From the IMG/VR virus record IMGVR_UViG_3300031784_000003: DNA of 64,000 nt. One strand, 5' to 3'. Below, piece after piece: positions 8,701 through 18,449 of this stretch (positions within the stretch are counted from its first letter, which is position 1; each line of letters starts with the position of its first letter). Source of the DNA: a virus. Its lineage: Duplodnaviria; Caudoviricetes. The position numbers and the translations under genes were made by a program. The notes under the pieces are model-generated. The model saw only the letters and a list, made by a program, of their open reading frames with translations. It did not search any database and had not been told where the DNA came from.

Positions 8701-11399
8701 TCCCGTTCAAAAATTTTAAAAAAGGGTTTTTAGAGTCTGTTTTTGATACCAAAGTATTTGATGGGGCGAGAGTAATTAATTTACCTAAATTATATGTTTA
8801 TTATATTGGGGCATTATTGTGGAGATATGAGGAATCTATAAATCTTGTGGATCCATTAAAATTCACTTTCTCAACAGGAAAAGATTATTCTAATTTTAGT
8901 TCTCCCGCAAATTCTTATTTATATAAGGTAGGACATAGATTAACCACAAATGTTACAACAGAACCATTAGAAGATGAATTAATTAATTTACCTAAATCGG
9001 TTAAAGATAAACTTATTAATAAATTTAAGAGTTGGGTGGATAGTGATAATTTTAACAATAGTAAAAATGGTTTTTTTGAAAGATCAGTAAAATTATATGT
9101 ACCTGATTTAATTACCCAAACTACCCTAACTACACAAGAACAAGATTTAGCTCAAAATAATATTTTTACTAAATTAAAAGAAACTACAGATTTAATTTTA
9201 TTGAATCCTGATATTTTTGATAATGTTAAGATTGCACAACTAAGTCAAAATAAAGGATTGATTGTAGATAAATCATTATTGAAAAAATATGTTAGTAATT
9301 TTAAACAAAAGTTTAATGAGGTAGGTAAAGAAAATGATAATGGTAAAAAAGAAGGTAATGAAGAAAAAAAAGATGATAATAAAAGTACAAATATTATAAA
9401 ATTACAACTTTATAATTATTTTAAAAATATAAGTAATAAATGGATAGGTAATAGCGGTTCTTTTAGTATATGTGGAGATTCTTCTGATAAAAATTTATTT
9501 GAATATTTTAAATTTATAGATAGAGGTTGGAGATTTATTGGGGATGAAGCAACATTTAATTTAAAAAGTTTTCTTTCTTTAGGTAGTAATTTAAATACTA
9601 GTGTTTATTTCTTTATGTCTAAACTTTTAAGAGACAGTAATTTTCTTTTCCAAATATTACCTACATATATTAATTTTAAAAGTGCTACTGAAGTCGCTAA
9701 GATATTCCAACCACAAACGGTATTAGAAAATAATGATTCTTCAGGACCTATATTTTGTTGTATTTGGGTTGGTGGGGCATCACAAGCGTTAGATATTGGT
9801 GAGAGAAGTAATTATTATTTTAAAGATGACGGATTTAGTTTAACTACAGGTAATATTCCTTCAGATATTGTTGATGAAAATAAATCAGATACTATTAATA
9901 ATCAAGGTGATATTGATTTAGGTGATTCTTCTTTAGTCGCATTTAGAGTTTCATTTGGGGCACAAAATCAGACAGTTTTTAAAAATGTTTCATTAAGTCA
10001 ACAGGAACATAGAGAGACAGGGGAATATTTTAAAGCATTATCTGATTTAGTAGATAAAAGAGGTGGTACCCAAAAAGCATATGTAGGTACAGATTTATTA
10101 AGATTATTTAAAACTAGATCATATACTTGTAAAGTTGAGGCTATGGGATGTATGAATATACAACCATTAATGTATTTCGATTTACAAAATGTTCCATTTT
10201 TTAATGGTGCATATCTTATAACTAGTGTTAGCCATAACATAACACCAAACCAAATGTCTACTAGTTTTGAGGGGTTAAGACAATCAAAATATATAACATC
10301 ACCTTCAAAACAGATTACTGCGGATTTAGATATAGATTTAAATGAAAGTAGTGAGACACCAAAAATAGAGTTCACTAATCTTAATAATAAAAATGAAATA
10401 TTTAGTATAGGTGTTTTAAACCCTACAGATTTATTTGATTATCAGAAAAACTTTGGTGTTGGTACTGTAGCAAATGTGGATGAGGGTGTTAATAAATTTA
10501 AAAATATTGGTGTTACTACTTTTACTGATCAAAAATTAAGAGAAGTAATAAATGATTTAGAAAGTAAAATGAAATTCAATAACATTTTGACTAATTCACA
10601 AGTTACTATGTTTTTATCTGCAATTCTTTCTAATTCAGAAAATTTATCCAAAAGTGAAATTTCTTGGGATGTGGAAAACAAAGAGACATATGTAGATAAA
10701 TTCCCTAGTACTGATCCTATAAATCCTGATAAAATTAAATATTACGGAAAATCAAATTCTTCAGATAAATATTTGTCATATTTACCTATTTTTACGGGTG
10801 GGTCAGTTAACAATATTGCTTATGACGGTAAATTTCCTGGTAACGATACATTAAAAGAGTATTCAATAAATGATCAGATTGAAGGAAGAAAACAAGATAT
10901 AAATAATAGGATATCTAAATTAGATGTTAATGACCCAAAACAAAAATCTGAAAAAGATACTTTAGAAAAAGAATTAAAAGATTTAACTAAACAGGAAGAA
11001 AATTTAATTAAGACTACTAAATATTATAACATATTTGAGGGTGATGCCTATAGATATAAACCTAGAGGTTATTTATATGTTATTGGTAGAAAACAATACT
11101 ATGATATATATGGTGACTCAGGTTTGGCAGAACCTACAATTGCATCATCAGGAGAACCTTCTACTATATTGACTAGTTTAAAAGTTTGGAATTATTTAAA
11201 AGATGGTGATAAAAATGCGTATGATTATTCTTCATTACCATCTGGTTCGGCATCAATATATAGTAAGTGTATAAATTTAACACATCAATATAGTCCAAAG
11301 GGGTTAGAAAATGCCTTTACTACTTTTGAAAAAGTATTGACTACCTTTGTTGATAAAAATAATCAACCACTTATTAATTATTTTAATCCAGGACCTTAA
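5769..11399 (+). CDS. Giant baseplate hub protein (gp27/gpD-like) with C-terminal degenerate GH19 lysozyme-like domain
   Basis: FGIKSIDIKY..PTVDITFTDVRG at the N-terminus; YTCKVEAMGCMNIQPLMYFDLQNVPFFNGAYLITSVSHNITP hub motif; YRYKPRGYLYVIGRKQY resembles GH19 YxGRGxIQLTGRxNY. Confidence 0.65.
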   Translation: MDPKVDKIGKAFIVDPNPPGMEIVPPEDLFIYVKFSAYPRSRVTYGGENKTFNSGIEDEVHFISTNLKYNSQTGKLDPTLQKSYATTDWTNIGGFSKDVKSRSAGALEGFGIKSIDIKYNSSLVPTVDITFTDVRGGALFDVIKDDDRLSPYSIFFKMPYPVFNLSIKGYFGQKVDFCLHMVNWTSSFDGSTGNFDISANFLGFQQAFLNDMVLGNIIGVINTPEGYNKLNKIYDESNSQIGSSDLNGKTLEEIRKNGDLNIRKIDDFFTQISKLQVQSEIIKTDLDSFKLLKDLNGKLSLLKTIRTFIGSPILKEAENNSNGSSQKNQQTKSYLETDNRKDQIQTSPIKDDELIINNNYLSIRDYIIFNSVNRLAFKSYVSTLNSIILKYQEYINTTEKTVKDEVKDKNLIESFKSIGDENNWENFIVSPTLNASGKPDFKKLQNVLEDLYTSGSTIYLIKPYVGGPEVNTGFDVGSFIKRVNERNFYAPKTKLLESTNVLIADFRKQRTLLEDIIIDLESIIKVQKEKVQEELNKKLLENFRSELKVNFDPTIGKCFEIIANNTQAMVETVYDISQAAEQKSISSNRQSVLKTYETDVPTGIDGVAWPSIYQKNDKGDIQEIYVGEITGVNTSDFPEWDFVERVFENLVGKTKQLEDVSKSSILKNGLDTDNWFPINPIDYSINPWIKLNSLNDVKKIGNELVEKFFTRIALLDNYTRYSPNTGLKDIDSYARLESIAANKTIFSEKARQIISNILIDIDTQINATGSIFVPDDKFDLKKCKFYTDFILEEPNNYIISEENSFQKIGNFKISGTFSDKVDYILFDDPSIINNSKKLFQEIKDDETYRKFADKKSSPPSKEFKTNLFFKNFISSANNLTTYNSFNVWFDDVCNNILKSSDNEILGNLNKCKIIDFNPGLSTLNNSSGSTYNSKYINMTYFRQNTNTSVDYEDIMTYSELYDKQSSNYARALLLLSTFPFKNFKKGFLESVFDTKVFDGARVINLPKLYVYYIGALLWRYEESINLVDPLKFTFSTGKDYSNFSSPANSYLYKVGHRLTTNVTTEPLEDELINLPKSVKDKLINKFKSWVDSDNFNNSKNGFFERSVKLYVPDLITQTTLTTQEQDLAQNNIFTKLKETTDLILLNPDIFDNVKIAQLSQNKGLIVDKSLLKKYVSNFKQKFNEVGKENDNGKKEGNEEKKDDNKSTNIIKLQLYNYFKNISNKWIGNSGSFSICGDSSDKNLFEYFKFIDRGWRFIGDEATFNLKSFLSLGSNLNTSVYFFMSKLLRDSNFLFQILPTYINFKSATEVAKIFQPQTVLENNDSSGPIFCCIWVGGASQALDIGERSNYYFKDDGFSLTTGNIPSDIVDENKSDTINNQGDIDLGDSSLVAFRVSFGAQNQTVFKNVSLSQQEHRETGEYFKALSDLVDKRGGTQKAYVGTDLLRLFKTRSYTCKVEAMGCMNIQPLMYFDLQNVPFFNGAYLITSVSHNITPNQMSTSFEGLRQSKYITSPSKQITADLDIDLNESSETPKIEFTNLNNKNEIFSIGVLNPTDLFDYQKNFGVGTVANVDEGVNKFKNIGVTTFTDQKLREVINDLESKMKFNNILTNSQVTMFLSAILSNSENLSKSEISWDVENKETYVDKFPSTDPINPDKIKYYGKSNSSDKYLSYLPIFTGGSVNNIAYDGKFPGNDTLKEYSINDQIEGRKQDINNRISKLDVNDPKQKSEKDTLEKELKDLTKQEENLIKTTKYYNIFEGDAYRYKPRGYLYVIGRKQYYDIYGDSGLAEPTIASSGEPSTILTSLKVWNYLKDGDKNAYDYSSLPSGSASIYSKCINLTHQYSPKGLENAFTTFEKVLTTFVDKNNQPLINYFNPGP

Positions 11400-11418
11400 C
11401 ATTTTAAAAAAATATTAT

Positions 11419-11426
11419 TATATTTG
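11419..11426 (+). promoter_or_regulatory. Bacteroidota-type -7 element TATATTTG (no -33 TTTG)
   Basis: Matches TAnnTTTG, 4 nt before the ATG at 11431. Confidence 0.45.
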
Positions 11427-11430
11427 CACT

Positions 11431-12030
11431 ATGTATTTTGGAAATATAATATCTAATTCCCCTATTAGTATAGAAGGGTTCAAAAATTATGGTAAGGATG
11501 ATTTAATTAATAACGATTTACCTATTTTAATTATTGGTTGGGATTTAGTTAAAGAAATGTATGGTAATAAAGTTTCCATTTTACATAAATCTATTAATTT
11601 AAAAACATATTGGACATTTAATTCTAAAGAGAGGAAGGCAGATTTTGAAACAGATATAGAATCTTTTAAGGAATTTTGTTACAATAGTTTTGGTGATAAC
11701 ATACCTTATGTTTATTTAGATATTTTATATGGTAAAAAAAACGTTAATAAAAAAATAATTAAAAAAATTTTAACGTTAGTAAAACCATATGTGTATGTAT
11801 CAGATAATAATATGGTTTATATATTCGGTGATAATATAATTTTTGGAATTGATTTAAACATTTTAGATTATTTTGACGGTAAAAAAGAAAAAACGTTAAG
11901 GGTGATAAATAATTTAAATTCTGCCGTTTTGATAGATTCTGAGATATTTAATAAATACAGGGATTTTTTATATAAAATAAAAAATAAAAACAGATTAATC
12001 CCGTATATTATTAAAAATGGAAACGACTAA
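11431..12030 (+). CDS. Hypothetical protein (start revised from 11347 to ATG 11431)
   Basis: The ORF-track start overlaps the upstream gene; ATG 11431 follows a -7 element. Confidence 0.6.
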   Translation: MYFGNIISNSPISIEGFKNYGKDDLINNDLPILIIGWDLVKEMYGNKVSILHKSINLKTYWTFNSKERKADFETDIESFKEFCYNSFGDNIPYVYLDILYGKKNVNKKIIKKILTLVKPYVYVSDNNMVYIFGDNIIFGIDLNILDYFDGKKEKTLRVINNLNSAVLIDSEIFNKYRDFLYKIKNKNRLIPYIIKNGND

Positions 12031-12430
12031 AATTATAACATTAGCATCTTTTGTATATATAGATAAAATCGAATCATTCAAAAAGTATCTACAAAAAAGA
12101 TTTAAAATAAATTACGAAAACATATTTCAGTATTCATTCTATGATGATAGTAAAAAAATACTAACATATAGAATACCTTTAAAGAATGAAAATAAAATAG
12201 ACATATCTAGTCTAATACCACCCACAATTATTGTACACAAAAAGGGTGAATGTTTTTACACTATTAACGCTCTGAATAAACTTATTGAATTTATTTACAA
12301 TTTAGATAGTGGTAATATAAATCACTTAGAGTATAAAATAGAATGGGATAACTATCAAAATAAAATAATTCTTATTAAGAACGATGAATTAAAAATAATA
12401 GACATTATTAAAGATTTTTCTGAAAAATAA
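12017..12430 (+). CDS. Hypothetical protein
   Basis: 137-aa ORF overlapping the upstream stop; genome-typical codon usage. Confidence 0.65.
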   Translation: METTKIITLASFVYIDKIESFKKYLQKRFKINYENIFQYSFYDDSKKILTYRIPLKNENKIDISSLIPPTIIVHKKGECFYTINALNKLIEFIYNLDSGNINHLEYKIEWDNYQNKIILIKNDELKIIDIIKDFSEK

Positions 12431-12455
12431 GATATTTATTAATAAAAATAAAGTT

Positions 12456-12644
12456 ATGGAAGATAATAAAAATAAAAAATCTACAGAAAACTTAGGGAAA
12501 AAATTAGATGATTTTTTAACTAATAAAAAAACACAATCTAAAGAGTGTGTAGGTGATGAATGTCTGATTAATGACGGAAAAGAAATTGTTGAAAGAGTAA
12601 ATAAAGTTTACAAAACTAATGATGGTAGACAACTTTTAATGTAA
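12456..12644 (+). CDS. Small hypothetical protein
   Basis: 62 aa, preceded by TATTTAT at 12433-12439. Confidence 0.6.
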   Translation: MEDNKNKKSTENLGKKLDDFLTNKKTQSKECVGDECLINDGKEIVERVNKVYKTNDGRQLLM

Positions 12645-12651
12645 TATATAT

Positions 12652-13404
12652 ATGAACAATAAAAAAAAATTTATTTTAGAGGATTTAAAAAGATATAAAC
12701 AACTTTTGGAATACACTTTTTATGTTCCAGAAGAAAAAGAAGATGATTTAGATGGTGATTTACTATTAGATGATTCTTTTTTAACGGAACAAGATCCTGC
12801 AGGTGACGATCCTTTTATGGATGTTGCCGATCCTGAAGCTGGTGATACAGAAAAAGAAGAACCTGCTGGACAAGCACCTGCTGGAGATACAGAAAAAGAA
12901 GAACCTGAGGGACAAGCACCTGCTGGTGATGAACCTGTTGAAGATGAAGAACCAGAAATAGAAGATGAATTTGCCGATACTGAAGGTGTAGGGGACACTT
13001 CCGAAGATGAGGATACTGTTGAAGTTGATGTAACTGATTTGGTTGATAATACTGAAGAAACTAAAAAATCGGTTTCAGATGTTAGCGATAAAATGGAAGA
13101 ATTACTTTCTAAATTATCAGAATTGGAAAATCAAATATCTGGTATGGATGAAGTCATTAGTAAAATTGATTCGTTAGAAAAAGAAATAGAAAAAAGAAAC
13201 CCAACACCTGTTGAAAAATTAGAAATGAGATCGATGCAAGATTTTAACTTCCCATATAGTGTTAAGTTAAAAGATTTTTGGTCAGATAAAGAAGGTTATG
13301 AAGCAACTAATGATTCAGAAGAAGAATTTATTTTAAGACAAAGTGATGTTGAGAATTTTGACAGAAATGAAATAAAAGCCTCTTTTGATTACCCTAAAAA
13401 ATAA
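12652..13404 (+). CDS. Acidic putative prohead core/scaffold-like protein
   Basis: Very acidic low-complexity middle, coiled coil, and N-terminal ILEDLKRYKQLLEY leader shared with the 641-aa protein. Confidence 0.5.
   Translation: MNNKKKFILEDLKRYKQLLEYTFYVPEEKEDDLDGDLLLDDSFLTEQDPAGDDPFMDVADPEAGDTEKEEPAGQAPAGDTEKEEPEGQAPAGDEPVEDEEPEIEDEFADTEGVGDTSEDEDTVEVDVTDLVDNTEETKKSVSDVSDKMEELLSKLSELENQISGMDEVISKIDSLEKEIEKRNPTPVEKLEMRSMQDFNFPYSVKLKDFWSDKEGYEATNDSEEEFILRQSDVENFDRNEIKASFDYPKK
12838..12930 (+). repeat. 42-bp in-frame tandem duplication (AGDTEKEEP[A/E]GQAP x2 plus partial third copy)
   Basis: 12838-12879 versus 12880-12921 differ at 3 positions. Confidence 0.95.
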
Positions 13405-13424
13405 AAAAATATCTGTTTTAAAAG

Positions 13425-13454
13425 AACCTCACTAACAAAGTGGGGTTTTTTTTT
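13425..13454 (+). terminator. Rho-independent terminator
   Basis: aacctcact-aacaa-agtggggtt stem-loop followed by a T run. Confidence 0.8.
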
Positions 13455-13463
13455 CTAAAATAA

Positions 13464-13495
13464 TTTGACTTTAGTACAATTTATTCGTAATATTG
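13464..13495 (+). promoter_or_regulatory. Bacteroidota-type promoter variant (TTTG-N20-TAATATTG) for the replication operon
   Basis: One mismatch to TAnnTTTG; immediately after a terminator and before the SSB gene. Confidence 0.55.
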
Positions 13496-13524
13496 TCTAT
13501 TATTAATCATTAAAAAAAATAAAA

Positions 13525-14436
13525 ATGAGTAAAACTTTAGATGCAATTTTATCCCAGTATGAAAAAAATACTGAAGATAAGAAAACTACTACTAAGTTGT
13601 CTAATGAAGACAGACTGAAAAAGTATTTTAGTGAAAAGTTACCTAAAGGTGTAAAATCACAAACTAAAAGATTTAGGATTTTACCTAAAAAAGATGGGAC
13701 TTCCCCATTTACTGAGGTATACTATCACGAAAAACTTGTTAATGGTAAGTGGGATAAAATTTATTGTAACCATTTAAATGATGGGGATCATTGTCCTTTA
13801 TGTGAGGCAAAGGATGCACTTTATGAAGATGGTTCTGAGAGAGCTAAAAAATTGGCAAAAGAATTTATTGCTAGAAAATTCTATGTTGTTAAAGGTATTG
13901 ACAGAGACAACGAAGAAGATGGTGTTAAATTTTGGAGATTTAAACATAAATATACTGGTGACGGTATTATGGATAAAATCATTCCATTATTTAAATTAAA
14001 AGGTGACATTAGTGATCCTAGAGAAGGTAGAGATATTATTATCACTACAGGTAAAAACGATAAAGGACATAGTGTGGTTAATTCTATTATGGCTGATGAT
14101 GCTACTATCTTAACAAAAGATAAGGAAAAGGCAAATGAGTGGTTTAATAACGAAGAAACACACAAAGATGTTTACTCTAAAAAATCTCAAGAGTATTTGG
14201 ATATTGTAGCAACAAATAAGACACCTATTTGGGATTCTGAACAAAAGAAATTTGTTGCTGAAGAAGACAAAGAAGAAAAAGAAACTGCATCATTGAGTGA
14301 AGAAATCAATATGATGAAATCTGAAACATTAAAACCAAAAGAATTAAATATTACTGATAATTCTGATGACGATGATGACGATGACACAACTTCATTCAGT
14401 TTAGAAAGTGATGATGACGATGAATTACCATTTTAA
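13525..14436 (+). CDS. Single-stranded DNA-binding protein, T4 gp32-like
   Basis: RFRILP..PFTEVYYH..IYC..GDHCPLCE zinc site; GDISDPREGRD; acidic tail ending DDDELPF. Confidence 0.85.
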   Translation: MSKTLDAILSQYEKNTEDKKTTTKLSNEDRLKKYFSEKLPKGVKSQTKRFRILPKKDGTSPFTEVYYHEKLVNGKWDKIYCNHLNDGDHCPLCEAKDALYEDGSERAKKLAKEFIARKFYVVKGIDRDNEEDGVKFWRFKHKYTGDGIMDKIIPLFKLKGDISDPREGRDIIITTGKNDKGHSVVNSIMADDATILTKDKEKANEWFNNEETHKDVYSKKSQEYLDIVATNKTPIWDSEQKKFVAEEDKEEKETASLSEEINMMKSETLKPKELNITDNSDDDDDDDTTSFSLESDDDDELPF

Positions 14437-14445
14437 TTTATAGTT

Positions 14446-15495
14446 ATGGCTAAGACACCATTAAAGAAAAAGGCATCTGATTTTTCGTCAATAAGAAAAA
14501 AGTTCTCTTCTAGTGATAAGTATAAAGAACAAAAATACTTTGATCTAGGAGAAGCTTTCCAAAAATCTACAGGATTACCAGGTCCTGCTATGGGTCAGAT
14601 TAACATGCTTTTAGGTCACTCGGATACTGGTAAAACAACTGCATTAATTAAAACTGCGGTAGATGCTCAGAAAAAAAATATATTACCTGTTTTTATTATT
14701 ACTGAACAAAAATTTAGTTTTGAACACGCTAAACAAATGGGTTTAGAAACTGAATATATTGAAGAAGTAGATGAAAAAACTGGTGAGGTTAGTGCATATT
14801 GGGATGGTTTTTTACTTTATAGATTAGGGTTTGATTATATTGAACAAGCGTTTGATTATGTAACAGAAGTATTAGACGCTCAAAAAAGTGGTGAAATTCC
14901 ATACGACATAGTATTCTTATGGGACTCAATCGGTACAATACCTTGTCAAATGAGTTTTGAGGGTAAAGGTGGTAATCAACATACTGCGAGAGTTATTTCA
15001 GAAAAATGGGGTATGGGGTTGGCTCAAAGAATTACATCTTCGAGAAAAGAAAGTTTCCCATATACTAATACTATGATTTTTGTAAACCAACCTTGGGTAG
15101 CGTTGCCAGACAATCCATTTGGACAACCTACTATACAACCTAAAGGTGGTAACTCAATTTACCTATCTTGTGCCTTAGTATTCTTATTCGGTAATCAAAA
15201 GAGTTCTGGTGTGTCTAAACTTTCTGCAACGAATAAAGGTAGAAAAGTTAACTTTGCAATTAGAACTAAGGTTGGTATCCATAAAAACCATATGAATGGT
15301 TTAGGTTATGCTGATAATAAGATATTGGCAACTACACACGGATTCATCGAAGATGATAAGAAGGCAATTGATGATTATAAATCCGATAACAAAGATTATT
15401 GGGCAGAAGTGTTCGATACTGTTGGGGATGAAGAATCATTTGATGTTGTAGAGGAGAATTTTATTGAATCTCCTGTTGATTATTCAGATGATTGA
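14446..15495 (+). CDS. recA: RecA/UvsX-like recombinase
   Basis: Walker A GHSDTGKTT, Walker B VFLWDSIG, MIFVNQ and QPKGG motifs. Confidence 0.9.
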   Translation: MAKTPLKKKASDFSSIRKKFSSSDKYKEQKYFDLGEAFQKSTGLPGPAMGQINMLLGHSDTGKTTALIKTAVDAQKKNILPVFIITEQKFSFEHAKQMGLETEYIEEVDEKTGEVSAYWDGFLLYRLGFDYIEQAFDYVTEVLDAQKSGEIPYDIVFLWDSIGTIPCQMSFEGKGGNQHTARVISEKWGMGLAQRITSSRKESFPYTNTMIFVNQPWVALPDNPFGQPTIQPKGGNSIYLSCALVFLFGNQKSSGVSKLSATNKGRKVNFAIRTKVGIHKNHMNGLGYADNKILATTHGFIEDDKKAIDDYKSDNKDYWAEVFDTVGDEESFDVVEENFIESPVDYSDD

Positions 15496-15521
15496 TTGTT
15501 TAACCATTAAATAATGGTTTT

Positions 15522-16565
15522 GTGAAAATACCAAATAGAAAAACTAAAACATTTCAAAAAACACTTATTGTTGATGGAGACTCTCTGATTAAAACCGCCT
15601 ATCATGGGGCTAAAGATCTTTACTACAAAGATACTCATATAGGCGGAATTTTTCAGTTCCTAACAATGGTTAGGAAACTTATAAATGAGTATAAGTTTGA
15701 CAAAGTATATGTGTTTTGGGATGGACAATTTAGTGGTAGGTTAAGGTATGAAATTTATGAAGATTATAAATCTAACAGAGACAAAGATTTTTATAACGAT
15801 CAACCACCTTCAGAAATTGAATTGTATCTACAAAAAGAAAGAGTTAAATTTTATTGTGAAGAATTGTTTATAAGACAATATAGTGATGATATTATTGAGG
15901 CGGATGATTTAATTGGTTATTACGTAAAGAACATTTCAGAGGACGAAAAAGTTGTGATAATGACTAATGATAGAGATATGTGTCAATTAATCAATGAGAG
16001 AGTCGGAATTTATGTTATAAACTTAAAAAAGATAATCACTAAAGATAATTATTTGGACCACTTTAATCATCATTATAGTAATCTAAAATTAATCAAAATT
16101 ATATCTGGTGACGTTAGTGATAATATAAAAGGTATCACAGGTGTAAGTGAAAAAACTTTATTGAAATTTTTTCCCGAAATTAAAGAAAAAACTTTGACAT
16201 TGGAATATATTTTTAGTAAAATTAAAGATATACAAAAGGATAGAAAAAGTAATTTAAAATCGTTGGATAATATCATTAATAAAGTAACAAAGGGTAAACA
16301 AAAAGAAAAAATATTCGAAGTTAATGAAAAACTAATCGATTTAAGCAACCCTATTATTACAGAAAATATAAAATCAGATTTAGATTATTTAATGTCTACG
16401 ACAATTGATCCTGAAGGTAGAGAAATTAAAAATGTAATTAAAATGATGATGGAAGATGGTTTAATGATGGCAATACCAGGAGGACAAGATGGGTATTTAA
16501 ATTTTTTACAACCATTCCTTTCATTAATTAAAAAAGAAAAAAAATTTTATAACAGTTTAAAATGA
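15522..16565 (+). CDS. 5'-3' exonuclease (PolA N-terminal / T4 RNase H-like)
   Basis: LIVDGDS, EADDLIG, TNDRD and GDVSDNIKGITGVSEKT helix-hairpin-helix motifs; GTG start. Confidence 0.9.
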   Translation: MKIPNRKTKTFQKTLIVDGDSLIKTAYHGAKDLYYKDTHIGGIFQFLTMVRKLINEYKFDKVYVFWDGQFSGRLRYEIYEDYKSNRDKDFYNDQPPSEIELYLQKERVKFYCEELFIRQYSDDIIEADDLIGYYVKNISEDEKVVIMTNDRDMCQLINERVGIYVINLKKIITKDNYLDHFNHHYSNLKLIKIISGDVSDNIKGITGVSEKTLLKFFPEIKEKTLTLEYIFSKIKDIQKDRKSNLKSLDNIINKVTKGKQKEKIFEVNEKLIDLSNPIITENIKSDLDYLMSTTIDPEGREIKNVIKMMMEDGLMMAIPGGQDGYLNFLQPFLSLIKKEKKFYNSLK

Positions 16566-17059
16566 GTACAAATATGAAAAAGAGTTATCAAAGTTACCCG
16601 TATGAATTCTTATTTATGATTAACGGTAATCCTATTGTTGGAAGAAATTTCCCAATAAAAAATTTTAATAGAGATAGTTTAAATTCTTTAGATTTAAAAT
16701 ATGTTATAGACGATGTAGTAGATGTAATTAAACTACACTTTAAGAACAATACTTATGAATATCTTTATAAATATTATAGTTATTTTGCAGAAAATATTAA
16801 TAATGAAGAATATGAAACAAAGGATATCTATGAAAATGAAGATTTCTTCACATTCCAAATTAAAGTTAATGGAAAAGTAGTTATTGAGAAAATTTTCACT
16901 GGAAATGACTTCCCACCAAAGGTAAGATATGATGTGGATATAAGAAAAATTATACCTAAAATCATCGAAATCATACAATATGGATTGAGTGAAAAAAATT
17001 ATATAAAAAATTATGGCGATTATGATTTAAACAAGATATTTATTAATAACCAAATCTAA
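16562..17059 (+). CDS. Hypothetical protein
   Basis: 165-aa ORF translationally coupled within the replication operon. Confidence 0.7.
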   Translation: MSTNMKKSYQSYPYEFLFMINGNPIVGRNFPIKNFNRDSLNSLDLKYVIDDVVDVIKLHFKNNTYEYLYKYYSYFAENINNEEYETKDIYENEDFFTFQIKVNGKVVIEKIFTGNDFPPKVRYDVDIRKIIPKIIEIIQYGLSEKNYIKNYGDYDLNKIFINNQI

Positions 17060-17066
17060 AAACGTT

Positions 17067-18449
17067 ATGGCAAAAAATGAAAGTTCTAATTTAGGGTATT
17101 TAGGATATAGTTTTCAAGTAAAACTAGTTAAGCAATTAATTGAAGATCAAAAATTTTCGGAAAGTATTATCACTATAATCGATCCAAATTATTTTGATAA
17201 TGAGTATATGAGGTTAGTTGTTGCTAGTGTCAAAAATTATTATGAGAAATATGAAACCATACCGTCTTATGATACCATCTTTAACCTTATTAAAACTGAA
17301 GTAAGAAGAGAAATTGCAAGAGAATCAGCAAATGAGTTAATTAAAGAAGTTAAAGATTCAGATAATAAGGATTGTTTACACACACAAGACGTTGCCATTA
17401 AGTTTTGCAAACAACAAGAGCTTAAGAAGGCTACTTTAAAAATTCAGAAGATTTTAGATACAGGAGATTTTGATAGATACGATGAGTGTGAAGAAATAGT
17501 TAAACAAGCCATAACTGTTGGTACAGAAAAAGACGATGGTATAGATGTTTTTCATAATATTAAAAATGTTTTATCAGCGGATTTTAGAAGCCCAATCCCT
17601 ACAGGTTTAATTGGAATAGATAACCTAATGGGTGGTGGACTATCAAAAGGTGAGTTAGGAGTTATTTTGGCGGCGTTTGGTGTAGGTAAAACTACATTAA
17701 TCACTAGAATGGCGAATACTGCCTATAAGATGGGTAAAAATGTAGTACAAATCTTCTTTGAAGATAATGCAGAAGTAATACAAAGAAAACACTACACATG
17801 TTTTACTGAAATCCCTTTAAATGAATTAGAGGAAAGAAGTGATGAGGTAGAACAAAAGTTAACTAATTTTCAAGACTTAACAGGGAATTTAATATTGAAA
17901 AGAATGCCTAGTGATGGTACTACAATACCACACATTAGACAATATCTAAAAAAATTAATTTCTAATGGTGTAAAACCTGATGTTATTTTCTTAGACTACA
18001 TAGACTGTGTACAACCTACGAAACAATTTAAAGATGAGTTTAGTGGTGAAGGTAATGTAATGAGACAGTTTGAAACTATGTTATCTGAATTAGGTGTTGC
18101 TGGGTGGACTGCGGTACAAGGAAATAGAAGTGCGATTGGTGCTGAATTAGTGGAGGCTAATATGATGGGTGGATCCATTAAAAAAGGGCAAATTGGGCAT
18201 TTCATTTTATCTGCAGCTAAAACATTAGAACAAAAAGAAGAAGGTAGGGCAACTTTAGCGATACTTAAATCTAGGTTTGGTAAAGATGGTGTTGTATTTG
18301 AGGATATTTTATTCGATAATGGTACGTTAGTTATTGATACTAGTGATAGTAGAGATGTTACTTTATTAGAACATGATAAAATATCAAAACAAAAAGATTC
18401 TAAATTTATTCAAGAAACATTAAACAAAAAAAGGGAATCATTTAATTAA
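17067..18449 (+). CDS. dnaB: Replicative DnaB-like helicase (T4 gp41-like)
   Basis: GGLSKGELGVILAAFGVGKTT Walker A, IFLDYID Walker B, WTAVQGNR and KSRFG motifs. Confidence 0.9.
   Translation: MAKNESSNLGYLGYSFQVKLVKQLIEDQKFSESIITIIDPNYFDNEYMRLVVASVKNYYEKYETIPSYDTIFNLIKTEVRREIARESANELIKEVKDSDNKDCLHTQDVAIKFCKQQELKKATLKIQKILDTGDFDRYDECEEIVKQAITVGTEKDDGIDVFHNIKNVLSADFRSPIPTGLIGIDNLMGGGLSKGELGVILAAFGVGKTTLITRMANTAYKMGKNVVQIFFEDNAEVIQRKHYTCFTEIPLNELEERSDEVEQKLTNFQDLTGNLILKRMPSDGTTIPHIRQYLKKLISNGVKPDVIFLDYIDCVQPTKQFKDEFSGEGNVMRQFETMLSELGVAGWTAVQGNRSAIGAELVEANMMGGSIKKGQIGHFILSAAKTLEQKEEGRATLAILKSRFGKDGVVFEDILFDNGTLVIDTSDSRDVTLLEHDKISKQKDSKFIQETLNKKRESFN

Noticed and set aside
15500-15520. Hairpin aaccatt-aaat-aatggtt before the exonuclease GTG
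   Set aside because: Short AT-rich stem without a U-tract; too weak to call a terminator or regulator.
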